Part shown: piece after piece, positions 37,049 through 48,613 of the stretch
Layout: the number at the start of each line of letters is the position of its first letter
Numbering within the stretch: position 1 is the stretch's first letter
Assembly: GCA_965153285.1 (NCBI GenBank)
Contig: OZ229113.1
Reading direction: 5' to 3' (one strand)
DNA: 64,000 bases
Source of the DNA: Podarcis tiliguerta
Taxonomy: Eukaryota
Notes under the pieces: model-generated
Database searches by the model: none
What the model saw: the letters and a program-made list of their open reading frames with translations, nothing else
What the model was told of the DNA's origin: nothing
Position numbers and translations under genes: made by a program

Positions 37049-37159
37049 AACCTTGGCTTTATTGAAACCTGATGTAGCACTCAAACTTGGAGATGTCATT
37101 GATATGATTATTAGAGCTGGTTTTACAATAACTAAAGCCAAAATGACGAAAGTTTCAAG
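37049..37159 (+). CDS. NME7: NME7 exon 4 (TLALLKPDVALKLGDVIDMIIRAGFTITKAKMTKVS; NDK domain A start)
   Basis: ctctag| ... ag|gtgagg; 111 nt; TLALxKPD motif. Confidence 0.95.
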
Positions 37160-37583
37160 GTGAGGTTTTAATAATTTGAGATTTTCAAAAATCTGTTAAA
37201 CTATTGTTTACCTTGAATGGGTGACTGTTGCCAACCTATATCTCCCCATGTTACCTGGTCATGTTCCATTAAAGCAGATCTGTGAATCCAACATGCACAG
37301 CATTTTCGTGCTCTGTCCATCCTCTCCACAAACAGCAGCCAGTGAATCAGAGGGGAGATGGGAAAGGCTGAGCACCATTAAGAGATATCACCCACATGCT
37401 GTAACTGAATACGAGAGGAAGATGCAGGGAGGAGATTCATGGGATGGCGGCAGCCATGTATTTAAGATACTGTATCCCTTTGGGTCCTAGCCATGATCCA
37501 GACAGATGTGGTGAAGTAGATGTGGTCCAGAGAGATGTGGTGCAGCACTCTGTATGCTGCTGCATATGCATATTTTGTCATAT

Positions 37584-37920
37584 GGGACGCGGGTGGCGCT
37601 GTGGTCTAAACCCAGTGGGCTTGCTGATCAGAAGGTCGGCGGCTCGAATCCCCGCAATGGGGTGAGCTCCCGTTGCTCTATCCCAGCTCCTGCCAACCTA
37701 GCAGTTTGAAAGCACACCAGTGCAAGTAGATAAATAGGTACCGCTCCGGCGGGAAGGTAAATGGTGTTTCTGGGCGCTGCTCTGGTTCACCAGAAGTGGC
37801 TTAGTCATGCTGGCCACATGACCCGGAAGCTGTACGCCGGCTCCCTCGGCCAATAAAGTGAGATGAGCTTCGAAACACCAGTCATCTGCGACTGGACCTA
37901 ATGGTCAGGGGTCCCTTTAC

Positions 37921-37961
<41 letters not shown>

Positions 37962-38040
37962 CCGGCCTGAAAGTGAGATGAGTGCCGCAACCCCATAGTT
38001 GCCTTTGACTGGACTTAACCATCCAAGGGTCCTTTACCTA
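37584..38040 (+). mobile_element. Full-length Sauria SINE (37584-37920), (TG)n, then a second SINE 3' fragment (37958-38040)
   Basis: GGGACGCGGGTGGCGCTGTGG head, B-box-like GGCTCGAATCC, and two cctttac tails. Confidence 0.88.
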
Positions 38041-38438
38041 TCTTGTCAGGGTTCATGCCCCAAACAACCCGGGGCATGCCTGCTCTGTTGGAAGCAGAGT
38101 AGATAGCTCCAAAACAATGCCTGCTTCCAAAAAAATCCCTCAGATTCAGTAATCTCCATTAGTAAAAGGTTTTCTAATGCAAAAATAAGTGTGGCAGTAC
38201 AATTCCAGATCCCTGGTGGAGTGTGCAAAGAGTGAAAACCTGGACTGCTGCTCCCAGCTTGTGGAGGCAGTACTCAGCCTACTCAGTCTGACTTGGGATA
38301 TGGCAGCTTCCTTTGGTCCTGTGAGGGCTCAGAGAAACCTGATGGCGCAAGCAGAACTCTGCTTGTGGTTCTGTGGGTGAAGCCATTGCTGATTAATAAT
38401 TGTTTTTCACAAAAGCATTAATGATGAGTGTTTTGTAG

Positions 38439-38489
38439 GGCAGAAGCAATAGATTTCTACGCAGATCACCAAGCTAAGCCTTATTACAA
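38439..38489 (+). CDS. NME7: NME7 exon 5 (AEAIDFYADHQAKPYY)
   Basis: ttttgtag| ... aa|gtaagt; 51 nt, phase 2-2. Confidence 0.92.
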
Positions 38490-39926
38490 GTAAGTTTCAA
38501 TTTGCAGGATGTTTTGACTTGTACAATGTGCCCAATGAAATATGAACAATATGAAATTGACGTTGATTTTTGCTTGATCTTTAGATTTAGATTTATACCA
38601 ATAAATTGCGGGTAGTATTTTTAGAGGTATATGGGACTGTGGAGGCTTGCAGGGTTGGCTTACCTCCTGGTTTCTCCCCACAATCCTGAAACTGAGCAGA
38701 AGCAGCTGCTGCCATATACTGAGTCATGGTCAATGACAGCAATTACAACACCTTACCTTGCTTATTTAACTTGCAAAGCCTTAAATAGTTTGGAATTGGG
38801 TTATTTGAAGGATAACATAAGAATTTAGTTTCAAATGGCTTGCAGGTATGCTGCTAAGATCTATCAGATTGGTAAATACCAGAGACCGGACCTTATTTAG
38901 TAGTGGCCCCTCATCTATGGAAGTCTCTCTCAAAAGAGGGACCTATAGCCCCATTCATTTAAAAAATGCACATTTTTTTAAAAAAAGGATGTGTTTCATT
39001 CTGCATTTTATTGAGGTGTTGACTGCTGTTTTTCAAACTTGCTGTTTTTAGTTTGGAATGGGTTTGTTTGTGTATTAACATTTTCCTTGTGTTGTTAAAT
39101 AATTTCATAAACCTCCTTAGGAAGGCTTTGCCCTGAAATGCCTCGTGTATATTTCTGAAATATAAAGAAATTATTCAGCAATTGATGCTTTTTCCTCATG
39201 ACTAGGCAAATGAGAAGGGCTAGTAGCTCAGTGATAGAGTGAATGCTTTTGCAGTGCTGTGCAGCATATGTTCATGTGTGTGTTCGTGTGTGTATTTTGT
39301 TAATGGGAGCCCCTTTTTATTTTTAATATTTATATTTTATTAAGGTGATTTCAGTTAAAAGAAATAAAGTGATACAGAAAAAGAAGAAGGAAAAGTGAAA
39401 GGGAGAAAAACAACAACAACAAAGATACATATAAAATCTGAAAAAAGCAATATACGATATTCCCATACATACATTCTTGTGATTGAACCCAGTTACCCAT
39501 GTTTGAGCAGTAACAATGAGTGGAGATTGACAGAAGGAGAGGCTTACCATGCAGCCCGGATAGATTTGGCAAGCCTTATTTGTCCTACAGGCTGCCAGTT
39601 CATGAAGAACTAGGAGCCTGGCACTTATGCAACTACTTAATATGAAATAAAACAATGATAGAATAAGAAATTGGGTATTTAAGAGAGTCTGCTTTCGGCT
39701 CCAGTGCAGTCTCTCTTAAAATATTAGACTGAAATTATTCCAGATGTTGTTGCCTGAAGGTACTAGAACAAGCAAGCTAGACCTTTTTGGGAACTCATGT
39801 GAAATTGTGGTTTTGTTGCAGCTTTGTGTTTAGAAAATGGCTAATTATATGCTGCATTATATCCAACACTATGCAAACAGTTCCACTCATACAACAGGAC
39901 CCCTTCCTTTCCTGATAATGATGATG

Positions 39927-39929
39927 ATG

Positions 39930-39982
<53 letters not shown>

Positions 39983-40373
39983 TTATTTATACCCCGCCCA
40001 TCTGGCTGGGTTTCCCCAGCCACTCTGGGCGGCTTCCAACAAAAGATTAAAAATACATGAAAACATCAGTCATTAAAAACTTCCCTAAACAGGGCTGCCT
40101 TCAGATGTCTTCTAAACGTCAGATAGTTGTTTATTTCTTTGACATCTGATGGGAGGGCGTTCCACAGGGCGGGCGCCACTACCGAGAAGGCCCTCTGCCT
40201 GGTTCCCTGTAACTTGGCTTCTCACAGTGAGGGAACCGCCAGAAGGCCCTCGGTGCTGGACCTCAGTGTCCGGGCAGAATGATGGGGGTGGAGACGCTCC
40301 TTCAGGTATACTGGGCCTAGGCCGTTTAGGGCTTTAAAGGTCAGCACCAACACTTTGAATTGTGCTTGGAAAC
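39927..40373 (-). mobile_element. L2 LINE 3' fragment with (TAA)n tail
   Basis: Same family as 19965-20262; microsatellite tail 39927-39985. Confidence 0.85.
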
Positions 40374-40384
40374 GCCCCCTACAT

Positions 40385-40507
40385 TAAGGTTACCAGACGT
40401 CTCCGTTTCCTGGGGACAGTGCCCAGATTTACAAATCAGTCCCCTGACAAAATAAATCTATTTAGTAGGCAGTTGAAAAGATTCACTGAAAAAATCTGGC
40501 AACTTTA
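40385..40507. mobile_element. hAT (Blackjack-like) MITE
   Basis: TIR TAAGGTTACCAGA / TCTGGCAACTTTA; 8-bp TSD ccctacat. Confidence 0.8.
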
Positions 40508-40715
40508 CCCTACATGCCCTCCCCCCAAATCTCCTCCAGAGGGTTGAAAAGAGAAATAGGAGGAAGTTCCATTTTGCAAGGAGAGGTCTGTGAGCAGGAC
40601 AACAGTGTTGCATACCACTCTTGGGGCTGTTGGTTTGCTTCCATTTAGGGCAGCTGAATCCCGTTTGAATGTCCTGTTCAATGTGAATGCTAACTGCTCT
40701 CTTTTCTGCTTGCAG

Positions 40716-40923
40716 TGAGCTTCTTGAATTTATGACAAGTGGCCCTGTTGTTGCCATGGAGATCTTGGGAGATGATGCTATAAGCGGATGGAAGAATTTA
40801 CTAGGACCTGCAAATTCTTCTGTGGCCCGTACAGATGCCCCAAATAGCGTTAGGGCATGTTTTGGAACTGATGGCATAAGAAATGTGGCTCATGGTCCAG
40901 ATTCTTTTGCTTCTGCTGCTAGA
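40716..40923 (+). CDS. NME7: NME7 exon 6 (ELLEFMTSGPVVAMEI...RNVAHGPDSFASAAR; His206 codon at 40891)
   Basis: Branch point tgctaac, tgcag| ... aga|gtaagt; 208 nt; NDK SGP and NxxHG motifs. Confidence 0.97.
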
Positions 40924-41133
40924 GTAAGTCCCCCCCCCCCCAAAAAAAAATATATTTGATAAGGTGAATCTTTCTGCATCTGGATGACTGGGCTTCTACT
41001 GGCATATATATTATACAAAATGAGTTTGGCTACTTCCAATGTTTGTGGTCTGAGCTTGGTTTAGCTACATGGCATATAGTAGCTATATGGCTTAGCTCAT
41101 CAGAAAGAAAGAAAATACTCACCCTTACCTTTT

Positions 41134-41499
41134 TGAATTATGGTGCTGGAGGAGACTCTTGAGAGTCCGATGGACTGCAAGAAGATCAAACGCATCCATT
41201 CTTAAGGAAATCAGCCCTGAGTACTCACTGGAAGGACAGATCGTGAAGCTGAGGCTCCAATACTTTGGCCACCTCATGAGAAGAGAAGACTCCCTGGAAA
41301 AGACCCTGATGCTGGGAAAGATGGAGGGCACAAGGAGAAGGGGACGACAGAGGACGAGATGGTTAGACAGTATTCTCGAAGTTACAAACATGAATCTGTC
41401 CAAACTGCGGGTGGTAGTGGAAGACAGGAGTGCCTGGTGTGCTCTGGTCCATGGGGTCACGAAGAGTCGGACACGACTGAACGACTAAACAACAACAAC
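41134..41499 (+). mobile_element. BovB (RTE clade) LINE 3' fragment
   Basis: Open frame ELWCWRRLLRV.WTARRSN.SILKEISPEYSLEG...LQYFGHLMRR.DSLEKTLMLGK...VHGVTKSRTRLND*; (CAA)n tail; possible TSD acctttt. Confidence 0.92.
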
Positions 41500-42877
41500 A
41501 CCTTTTCTCCCCTTACCATGCAGAGGGAAAAGAGACCCTTTCTCAAAACTCTTCTAGAGAACCTGTGCTTGACAATCTCTACAGAAAATTTGAAAGAAAT
41601 GTTAGGAAAGGAAAATGCTTCCTTCTCCACTGCCTGCCTTTATGCTGGAAAGAGGCAGGGGTGGACTTTGGTAATATGGCGCCTTGAGCAAGGATGTACC
41701 CCCCTTGCTTATTTTCATGCCCCCATCCCTCTCACCTTCTGTTCTGCGCATGCTCTCAAATGCGCTATGTCATAGTTGCGGCATATTTTGTGCCCCTCGG
41801 CTTGGTACCCTGTGTGGAAGAACCACCCGCCCCACCCTAAATCCAGCATTGATGGGCTGGCTGCCATGTACCTTAAATGTATGAGGTGACCGGGGCTTTT
41901 TCGCTGTTGTTTAAAAGAAAGAGACTGTGCTGCTTTGCGCCTGTTCCCTTCGCTTCCCAAAAGGGCTACACAAGGAAATGCAGTACGATACTGTATTGCT
42001 CTGAGATTACTCTAGGAAGTGTGGCAGGCAATTGCGTGATGTTTTGCATCACTGAATCTTTGCTATGGAGTGGCCATAGAGGAAGTTGTGTTGTGAGCGG
42101 TGAAACCGCCTTCTTTTAAAGAAAATCAGAACAGCCACCAGTCAACTCATAAAGCTAAGCTGAGTGGCAGCCCCTCTTCCTCCCCTCTCCAAACCCCAGG
42201 CTATTTGGGAGCTTCCTCATTGGTGCAGCATCCCAGACCAGCATCCCTTGTCTGACCCTGACACTGCTTAAATTAAACAAATGGTAATATTGGAGCTTGG
42301 TCCCCCCCCATCTTGTGAGAGTCAAAGCTGCATGTCGATAAGCAAATACACTAAGGAACAGCTCAGAGTTTTAATGACCTTTTGTTGCGGTGGATTACGA
42401 AGCCCATCTGAAAGTTCTCTGCTGGAACTGCGGCTTGACTAAAGGCCAGGCTTCTATATATATCTTTACAAGCCATAAGAAAACAGAATGGACAAAAGAG
42501 CACTTTTGAGCTTTGCTCTTCAATACCTGTTTTGCTTTCCATGGAAACACGTTTCTTACGGCTGTCAGGAGTAGCTAAGAATAGTGTTGCGCACAGCGCC
42601 TTAATTACTCACTTATTTGTTCTCTGTGGAATAGCAATTGCTTGGGAACTCTGATATTTTTCTGCCTCCCTTTATTTTCTCGTTAAAATTAGTTATTTTA
42701 ATGTAGGATGATGGACAAATAGAAGAATCAACATTTTAATTTGTTATATTGCATATATATTCATAGCACTATAAAATGCATGTAACTAAGGAACTACAAA
42801 GTGTGAAGGCAAAAGAAAGCTGGTGTAGTCCTTAACACTTGGATGTAGCCAATGGGGTATTGAGGAGCGTACTGGGA

Positions 42878-43024
42878 AGCCATCCAGCTCAGTTGGTTAG
42901 CTGGTGCTGGTAACGCCAGGACTGCAGGTTCGATCCCTATATGGGTCACCTGCATTGCAGAGGGTTGGACTAGATGACCCTTGGGTACCCTTGGGTACCT
43001 TCCAACTCTACAGTTATATGATTC
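42878..43024 (+). mobile_element. SINE with tRNA-Ile(AAT)-like head fused to a CR1 tail
   Basis: agctcagttggttag.tggtgct.gtaacgcca...ggttcgatccc followed directly by the CR1 tail. Confidence 0.7.
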
Positions 43025-44557
43025 ATTGCTGTGTTGGTGTTTCTTTGCCTTGGAATGCTGCGGGGATCATTTAATATAGGCTGAGAAAGAACAAAATGGT
43101 GGTAAATTGAGTTATTTTAAAATGCTTTTGCCTTGGAGGCTGTGCTTTTAAAAATATAGTTCATTTTTCACTCTTAAACTAAATATTTAGTTGCACAGTT
43201 CTCTTACAAATTCTAATACCCTAGTGTTTTTGCTTTACTTCATAATTATTGGAGTGATGCACAGTGGTTCGGATTGTGTATTGAATGAGCAGGTAGCACA
43301 AACTGTTATGTAGCCTTGTACCAGTTACCAAGGAAACCTGCAGGATGCAGCATCTGTAAATTGTTCTGGGAAGAAAGAAATAGCTATTAAAGTCAACCTG
43401 GACTAAATCGTTTGCCCTGCATACAAATGAAGGGACCACCTGTTAGAATTTGTTATAGTTAAAGGTTGCTTTGTTCCTTCCCAACCAATAGTAGGTTGCA
43501 TTTACAGTTTGTCACATGCTGAGTTATCCAGGGCAGCATCTCTATCGGCATGTGAGACATACCACTTCTAGTGTTTGCTTCTGCTTTTTGTGAGTTTTGT
43601 AGCCATGGGTGTGAGGTTTTCCATTCCCGAGGATGGAGAGACTCCAGCACTCAACCTTGCAAGATGGCCAGGAACATCTCACCATGGGTTGGTCTCTGTG
43701 CTGTTGACTTTTTCTTCCTCCCTTCAAGCCTTGTCTCTCCCACTTGTGGAGATGGGGATATAGTTGCCCTTTCTCTTCTCCTCTTGGCTGGCTGTGCCTG
43801 GCCTTTTTTCTGCCTGTGAATCTTCCACTCCTATCCTCTCTGTTCTCCTCTCACTCTTCCACTGCATTGCTTTGTACTTCTTCTCCCAAGGGAGGGGAAG
43901 AAACAAGAAAGCCAGAGGGCAGGCACCCGCGATTCTGATGTTTGTTAGGCATTCCTTAGGCATACTAGATGGTCTGAAATATGTCATTGGGGGAAAGTGG
44001 CTTACAAATATGATTATAGAGCCACTCTACAGTTAAAGCAAGAAATGTTTTCAACATTTTGTCATTACAAAGTCTGAAAATTATGTTAATCACAAAATCC
44101 AGGTAATTTGTCTTATTGGTACAAAACCTGGCATGGAGAATTCACCTTATGAAGGGTGCTTGCCACGAAGAGTGGAGTTAGTGTTTTAAAAATGTTGTAT
44201 TGAAGGACAGATGCCCTATGTTTGTGCTCACTCAGAACATAACTTAAATTATGGAAGGTGAGTAGTTAGTAGCAGCATGAGCAAATTTGAACGTGAAGCT
44301 TAATGGAATACCATATGTGTATGGGGTTTAATGGAGTGTAAGTGTAAATATGTTCAAAACCATGCTTCTGGAGGAAAGCGTCACAGAGCACTTTGAAATA
44401 CAGCCAACGCCTAGATAATAATAAATGGGGGAGGACGTAGGATTTCAATATTGCTTTGGGAATATGACTCTGACCCTCATAAACATAACTGGTGTCCTAT
44501 GACTATGAATCATGCAGTTGTGCACAATTAAATGTATTTAATTCCAATTATTTTCAG

Positions 44558-44663
44558 GAGCTGGAGTTGTTCTTCCCCTCCAGTGGAGGCCGTGGACCTG
44601 CAAACACTGCAAAATACACACACTGTACTTGTTGTGTTATTAAGCCTCACGCAGTTAAAGAAG
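44558..44663 (+). CDS. NME7: NME7 exon 7 (ELELFFPSSGGRGPANTAKYTHCTCCVIKPHAVKE)
   Basis: ttttcag| ... g|gtaggt; 106 nt; start of NDK domain B. Confidence 0.95.
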
Positions 44664-45497
44664 GTAGGTGACACTGACCTGACCCTCGGCTGAAAGTGAC
44701 CTTCAGCATCACTCTTCCTAGCTGAATCGCTGCCTAGATTTAGACTTGCACTATTGCTACCATATGTGTTTTGTGCATGGCTGGAGGTAAGAAAGTGATG
44801 TTTTTATTTTATTTTAGCTCACAGCTTGTTGAAATTTAACACAGACCAAATTGCATAAATACTTGCGTTTGAGAAATTATGTTCAACAGCGGTTGATGTT
44901 CTCTGTACTTCTACAAGGCTGCATGCTAATATGTACTTGTCCATAGAAGGCCCTTGTGTGTGTAAGTAGCAAAATACCACACAACCTGTAATGTCTGACC
45001 TCCTAACCAGAGGCAAATGAAGAAGCAGCTGAGTGGGTGGTGGTGACCCAGATGCTGAGCATTTGTGATGCCCTTGCCACACTTCCATCTTGGTAACTTT
45101 GTTCCCTTTGTCTGGAAGAGAAGACGCATTCTGTGACAGACTAGCTAACAAAGCATTCTTTGACAGAGTAGCCCAACTTCTAAAGGACTACAAGATGGCC
45201 TCAATGTACACCATTGTTACACACACACACACACACACACACAGCATCACCTTTCTTGGAAATACGTTCAAACAGATTATATTCCCCTTTCCGCCAAATA
45301 AAGCAATCAGGGCAAGGGGAGACTTTGAATTGGAAGACATAGATGCACTTCCTTTTCAGGTCACTTGGGTACCTGGAAACATGTGCAACAGAATTTTAGC
45401 CTTCCCTTAAACCAGTTATAATCTGGCAACATCTAGAGAGCCACAAACTCCCCATGCCTGCCTTAGGCTAATTTACACACGCAGTACTAAAATACAG

Positions 45498-45859
45498 TAA
45501 AAGGTAAAGGTACCCCTGCCCGTTACGGGCCAGTCTTGACAGACTCTAGGGTTGTGCGCCCATCTCACTCAAAGAGGCCAAGGGCCAGCACTGTCCGAAG
45601 ACACTTCCGGGTCACGTGGCCAGCGTGACATCGCTGCTCTGGCGAGCCAGAGCTGCACACGGAAACGCCGTTTACCTTCCCGCTAGTAAGCGGTCCCTAT
45701 TTATCTACTTGCACCCAGGGGTGCTTTCGAACTGCTAGGTTGGCAGGCGCTGGGACCGAACAGCGGGAGCGCACCCCGCCACGGGGATTCGAACCGCCGA
45801 CCTTTCGATCGGCAAGCCCTAGGCACTGAGGCTTTAACCCACAGCGCCACCCGCGTCCC
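45498..45859 (-). mobile_element. Full-length young Sauria SINE (distinct subfamily) with 12-bp TSD
   Basis: TSD actaaaatacag (45486-45497, 45860-45871); intact B box GGTTCGAATCC on minus strand; CpG retained. Confidence 0.92.
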
Positions 45860-47025
45860 ACTAAAATACAGAGTTAGCACTTAAAAATCCTTTTGATTTA
45901 TTGAAAACATATTATTTTTGGTGGAGTTCTTTGTGTTGTTTCTTCATCAGATCAGCTGAAATGGTTGATGTCTAAACATAACCTTATATAGAAAACTGCT
46001 CCCTTTCCCTACCATCAAACATTGGGAAATGATTAAGACTGTTTACAGTATGATTATATGCTTTGGTTCAGCTGCTGATAATTTCTAAAACAAATTTGTA
46101 TAAGAAGTAAATGCTAACCAGAACCTTACTGTGATCTATGCAGCCTTTGGGGCATTGTAGTTTTTAGACCCCTCTTCCTAAAAGTTGATATGGAAGATTC
46201 GACATCAGGTTACCAGGCACTGGAGGGGGCAGCTGGAGCATGTTTAAGCTTCTTACAAGTGAAGGTTTTGTGGCTTTTCCACCACTAGGCAACTGTCATA
46301 AATCATTATATGGTGGGATAAGGCACATGTGAATCAGTATGCGTCAGTTGTATTCAAGTTATCTAAAGCCAGCATTCACTATTTTTCTAAATGATGTCTA
46401 GAGGAAGTCATGTTAGTCTGTTGCAGAAAATATTACAATTCCTTGTGGCAAAATGATTTGCATGGTATCTTATCAATCCAAAATGCTGGTGCCTATCATA
46501 TGACTTATGGGTACTTGGGAAAAGATCTGCATATTTCTTAGTAACAACCCTTCTGCTTGCTTTACTTTAAAAAACTAAGGCTGCAATTCTATATCCCGTT
46601 ACCTTGGAGTAACTAGCTGATCTCACTGGGACTTAATTCTACATAGACAAGTATAGGATTGTGCTGTCAAAACAGCCAGCGCCCATCCTGTTTCTGCTGG
46701 AACTAATCTGACAATTGCAAATAAAATCTGTCCATTGCATTATTGGAAGTTGCTCCCAGATGCTTAAATATATCACTCCTCTCAGCTGTCTACCATCTTT
46801 CAGTGCAATGTTTGCTTTTATGATTTAAAACTGTCTTTTCTTCCTGCCCCTTCTACTTTGTTATGGAAATAATGGAAGTGCTTTTCAGAGATTGCCAATG
46901 CCTACCTTCAAGAGGCCTGCAACTGTTCAGTTTTTACGTGTATTTAAATGCATACGTTGTTGTATTTCTTCTTAAATTTTCATCTAAATTTTCCCACCAT
47001 CTACTGATTAAAAATATCGGTCATA

Positions 47026-47251
47026 CAGTGGTACTTTGGGTTAAGTACTTAATTCATTCCGGAGGTCTGTTCTTAACCTGAAACTGTTCTTAATCTGAAG
47101 CACCACTTTAGCTAATGGGGCCTCCTGCTGCTGCCGCGCTGCCGGAGCACGATTTCTATTCTCATCCTGAAGCAAAGTTCTTAACTCGAGGTACTATTTC
47201 TAGATTAGCGGAGTCTGTAACCTGAAGCGTATGTAACCTGAGGTACCACTG
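47026..47251. mobile_element. MITE family C (inverted relative to 32359)
   Basis: TIRs and TA TSD; reverse-complement homology to 32359-32600. Confidence 0.9.
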
Positions 47252-48428
47252 TAATTTAAAGCCGAGACCATGGGTTCTTATCTTTTCTCTGTCCTTATTG
47301 TGGGTTCACTCAATAATAGTGGAGGAAGACACAGATGCTCATCCGGATGTCTCATTTTAAAAAGCTTCTGGTGTAATGGGGTTTGAATCTGCCCTTGGCA
47401 AACCTGATACAAGCTTTGTCTTGGGGGCATCTTGGTACTTCTGAGGACCTCATGTTTCCTGCAGAGAGCTGATTCTCAATGGCTGTGAAGTCCTCTTGTA
47501 TCGTAGCTTTGCTTTTCCATCTGAACCCATGTTTTGGGAGCCAAGGTAGATGATGATTTATGTTTTTGGCTTAGTTTTTTGTATTCCCCTCCTCCTCCAC
47601 TATGGTGGTTTCTCTAGATCTTAGCTGAGACACATATTTAGTCCACGTGGAGTGAGCTACTGCCCATGTGCAGCCTTGTAAAGGAACAAAAATAAGGATT
47701 GTTGGTTGACCCTGTATCTTGTGACTTTGCAAGAGAAATCCTGTGCTCAGAATGTGCTTTCCCTGCACTTAGTAACCACAGACAATGGTTGCTGTTCCCA
47801 ATCTGTAAAGATGGGTGAGGGCTTCTAAATTAAGCAGAGTATATCTGCTGCAGCTTCTTAGAATTTAATCACAGAGCGAGGCAGTTGATTTTCCAGGTCC
47901 GTCAGCTGTGCCGAATTTATCTGTGTTGTAAGTATTATCCTTTGAAGGCAATTGTAGTGAGATATAATTGAGGACAAGCTGAGTGGCGAGACCCAGAATG
48001 CAAAATGCATACCTTTTTCCCATGGTGTTTTGCATAAATTGTAATTCAAAAGGAAGTCAGCTAACAGGAACATGATTATAGTTTCAACTTAGGTTGAGAT
48101 CTAAGAGATCAAATTCCACAGGCTCTATATGAATTATTATACATCAGCTGAATTGGCAGTGCAAGGTCCTCTACAGATCATATCTTAAGAACCGTTAAAG
48201 CACTCCCATAATGTATGTTCTTATTGGACTTACGCCCAGTAAACTGAGGTTTTGATAAGGGAACTCTGGGTTTTACCAACAACCTTCCTCCCAGTATTCA
48301 GACAAGCAGGAGGATACCCTCTTTCTTCTTAACCCCACCCACTTCTTCCAGCTGTATTCCCCTCTTGCCCTTGTGCATTGATTTTTATATTGGAGTTGAA
48401 GATTGTAAAAAAATGCCTAAAGCAGATA

Positions 48429-48613
48429 CAGTGGTACCTTGGTTCTCAAGCGCCTTGTACTCAAATGCCAAAAACCCGGAAGTAAGTGTTCCGGTTTTCG
48501 AACGTTTTTCAGAAGCCAACGTCCAATGCAGCTGTCGGCTATTGTTTCTGGGGCACCTGCACCAACAGAAGCTGTGCCTTGGTTATTGAACATTTCGGAA
48601 TTCAAACGGATTT
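48429..48613. mobile_element. Tc1/mariner-type MITE, family A, one end missing
   Basis: TA|CAGTGGTACCTTGG start; internal sequence like 1749-1997. Confidence 0.65.

Noticed and set aside
39320-39670. Possible L1-type 3' end on the minus strand
   Set aside because: Only compositional hints; too weak to call.
40750-40763. X-box-like GTTGCCATGGAGAT inside exon 6
   Set aside because: Explained by the conserved VAMEI peptide.
42878-42948. Functional tRNA genes (also 36620, 55550) or a 5S gene (33460)
   Set aside because: Stems and anticodon are degenerate or partial, and the sequences are fused to retroposon tails.
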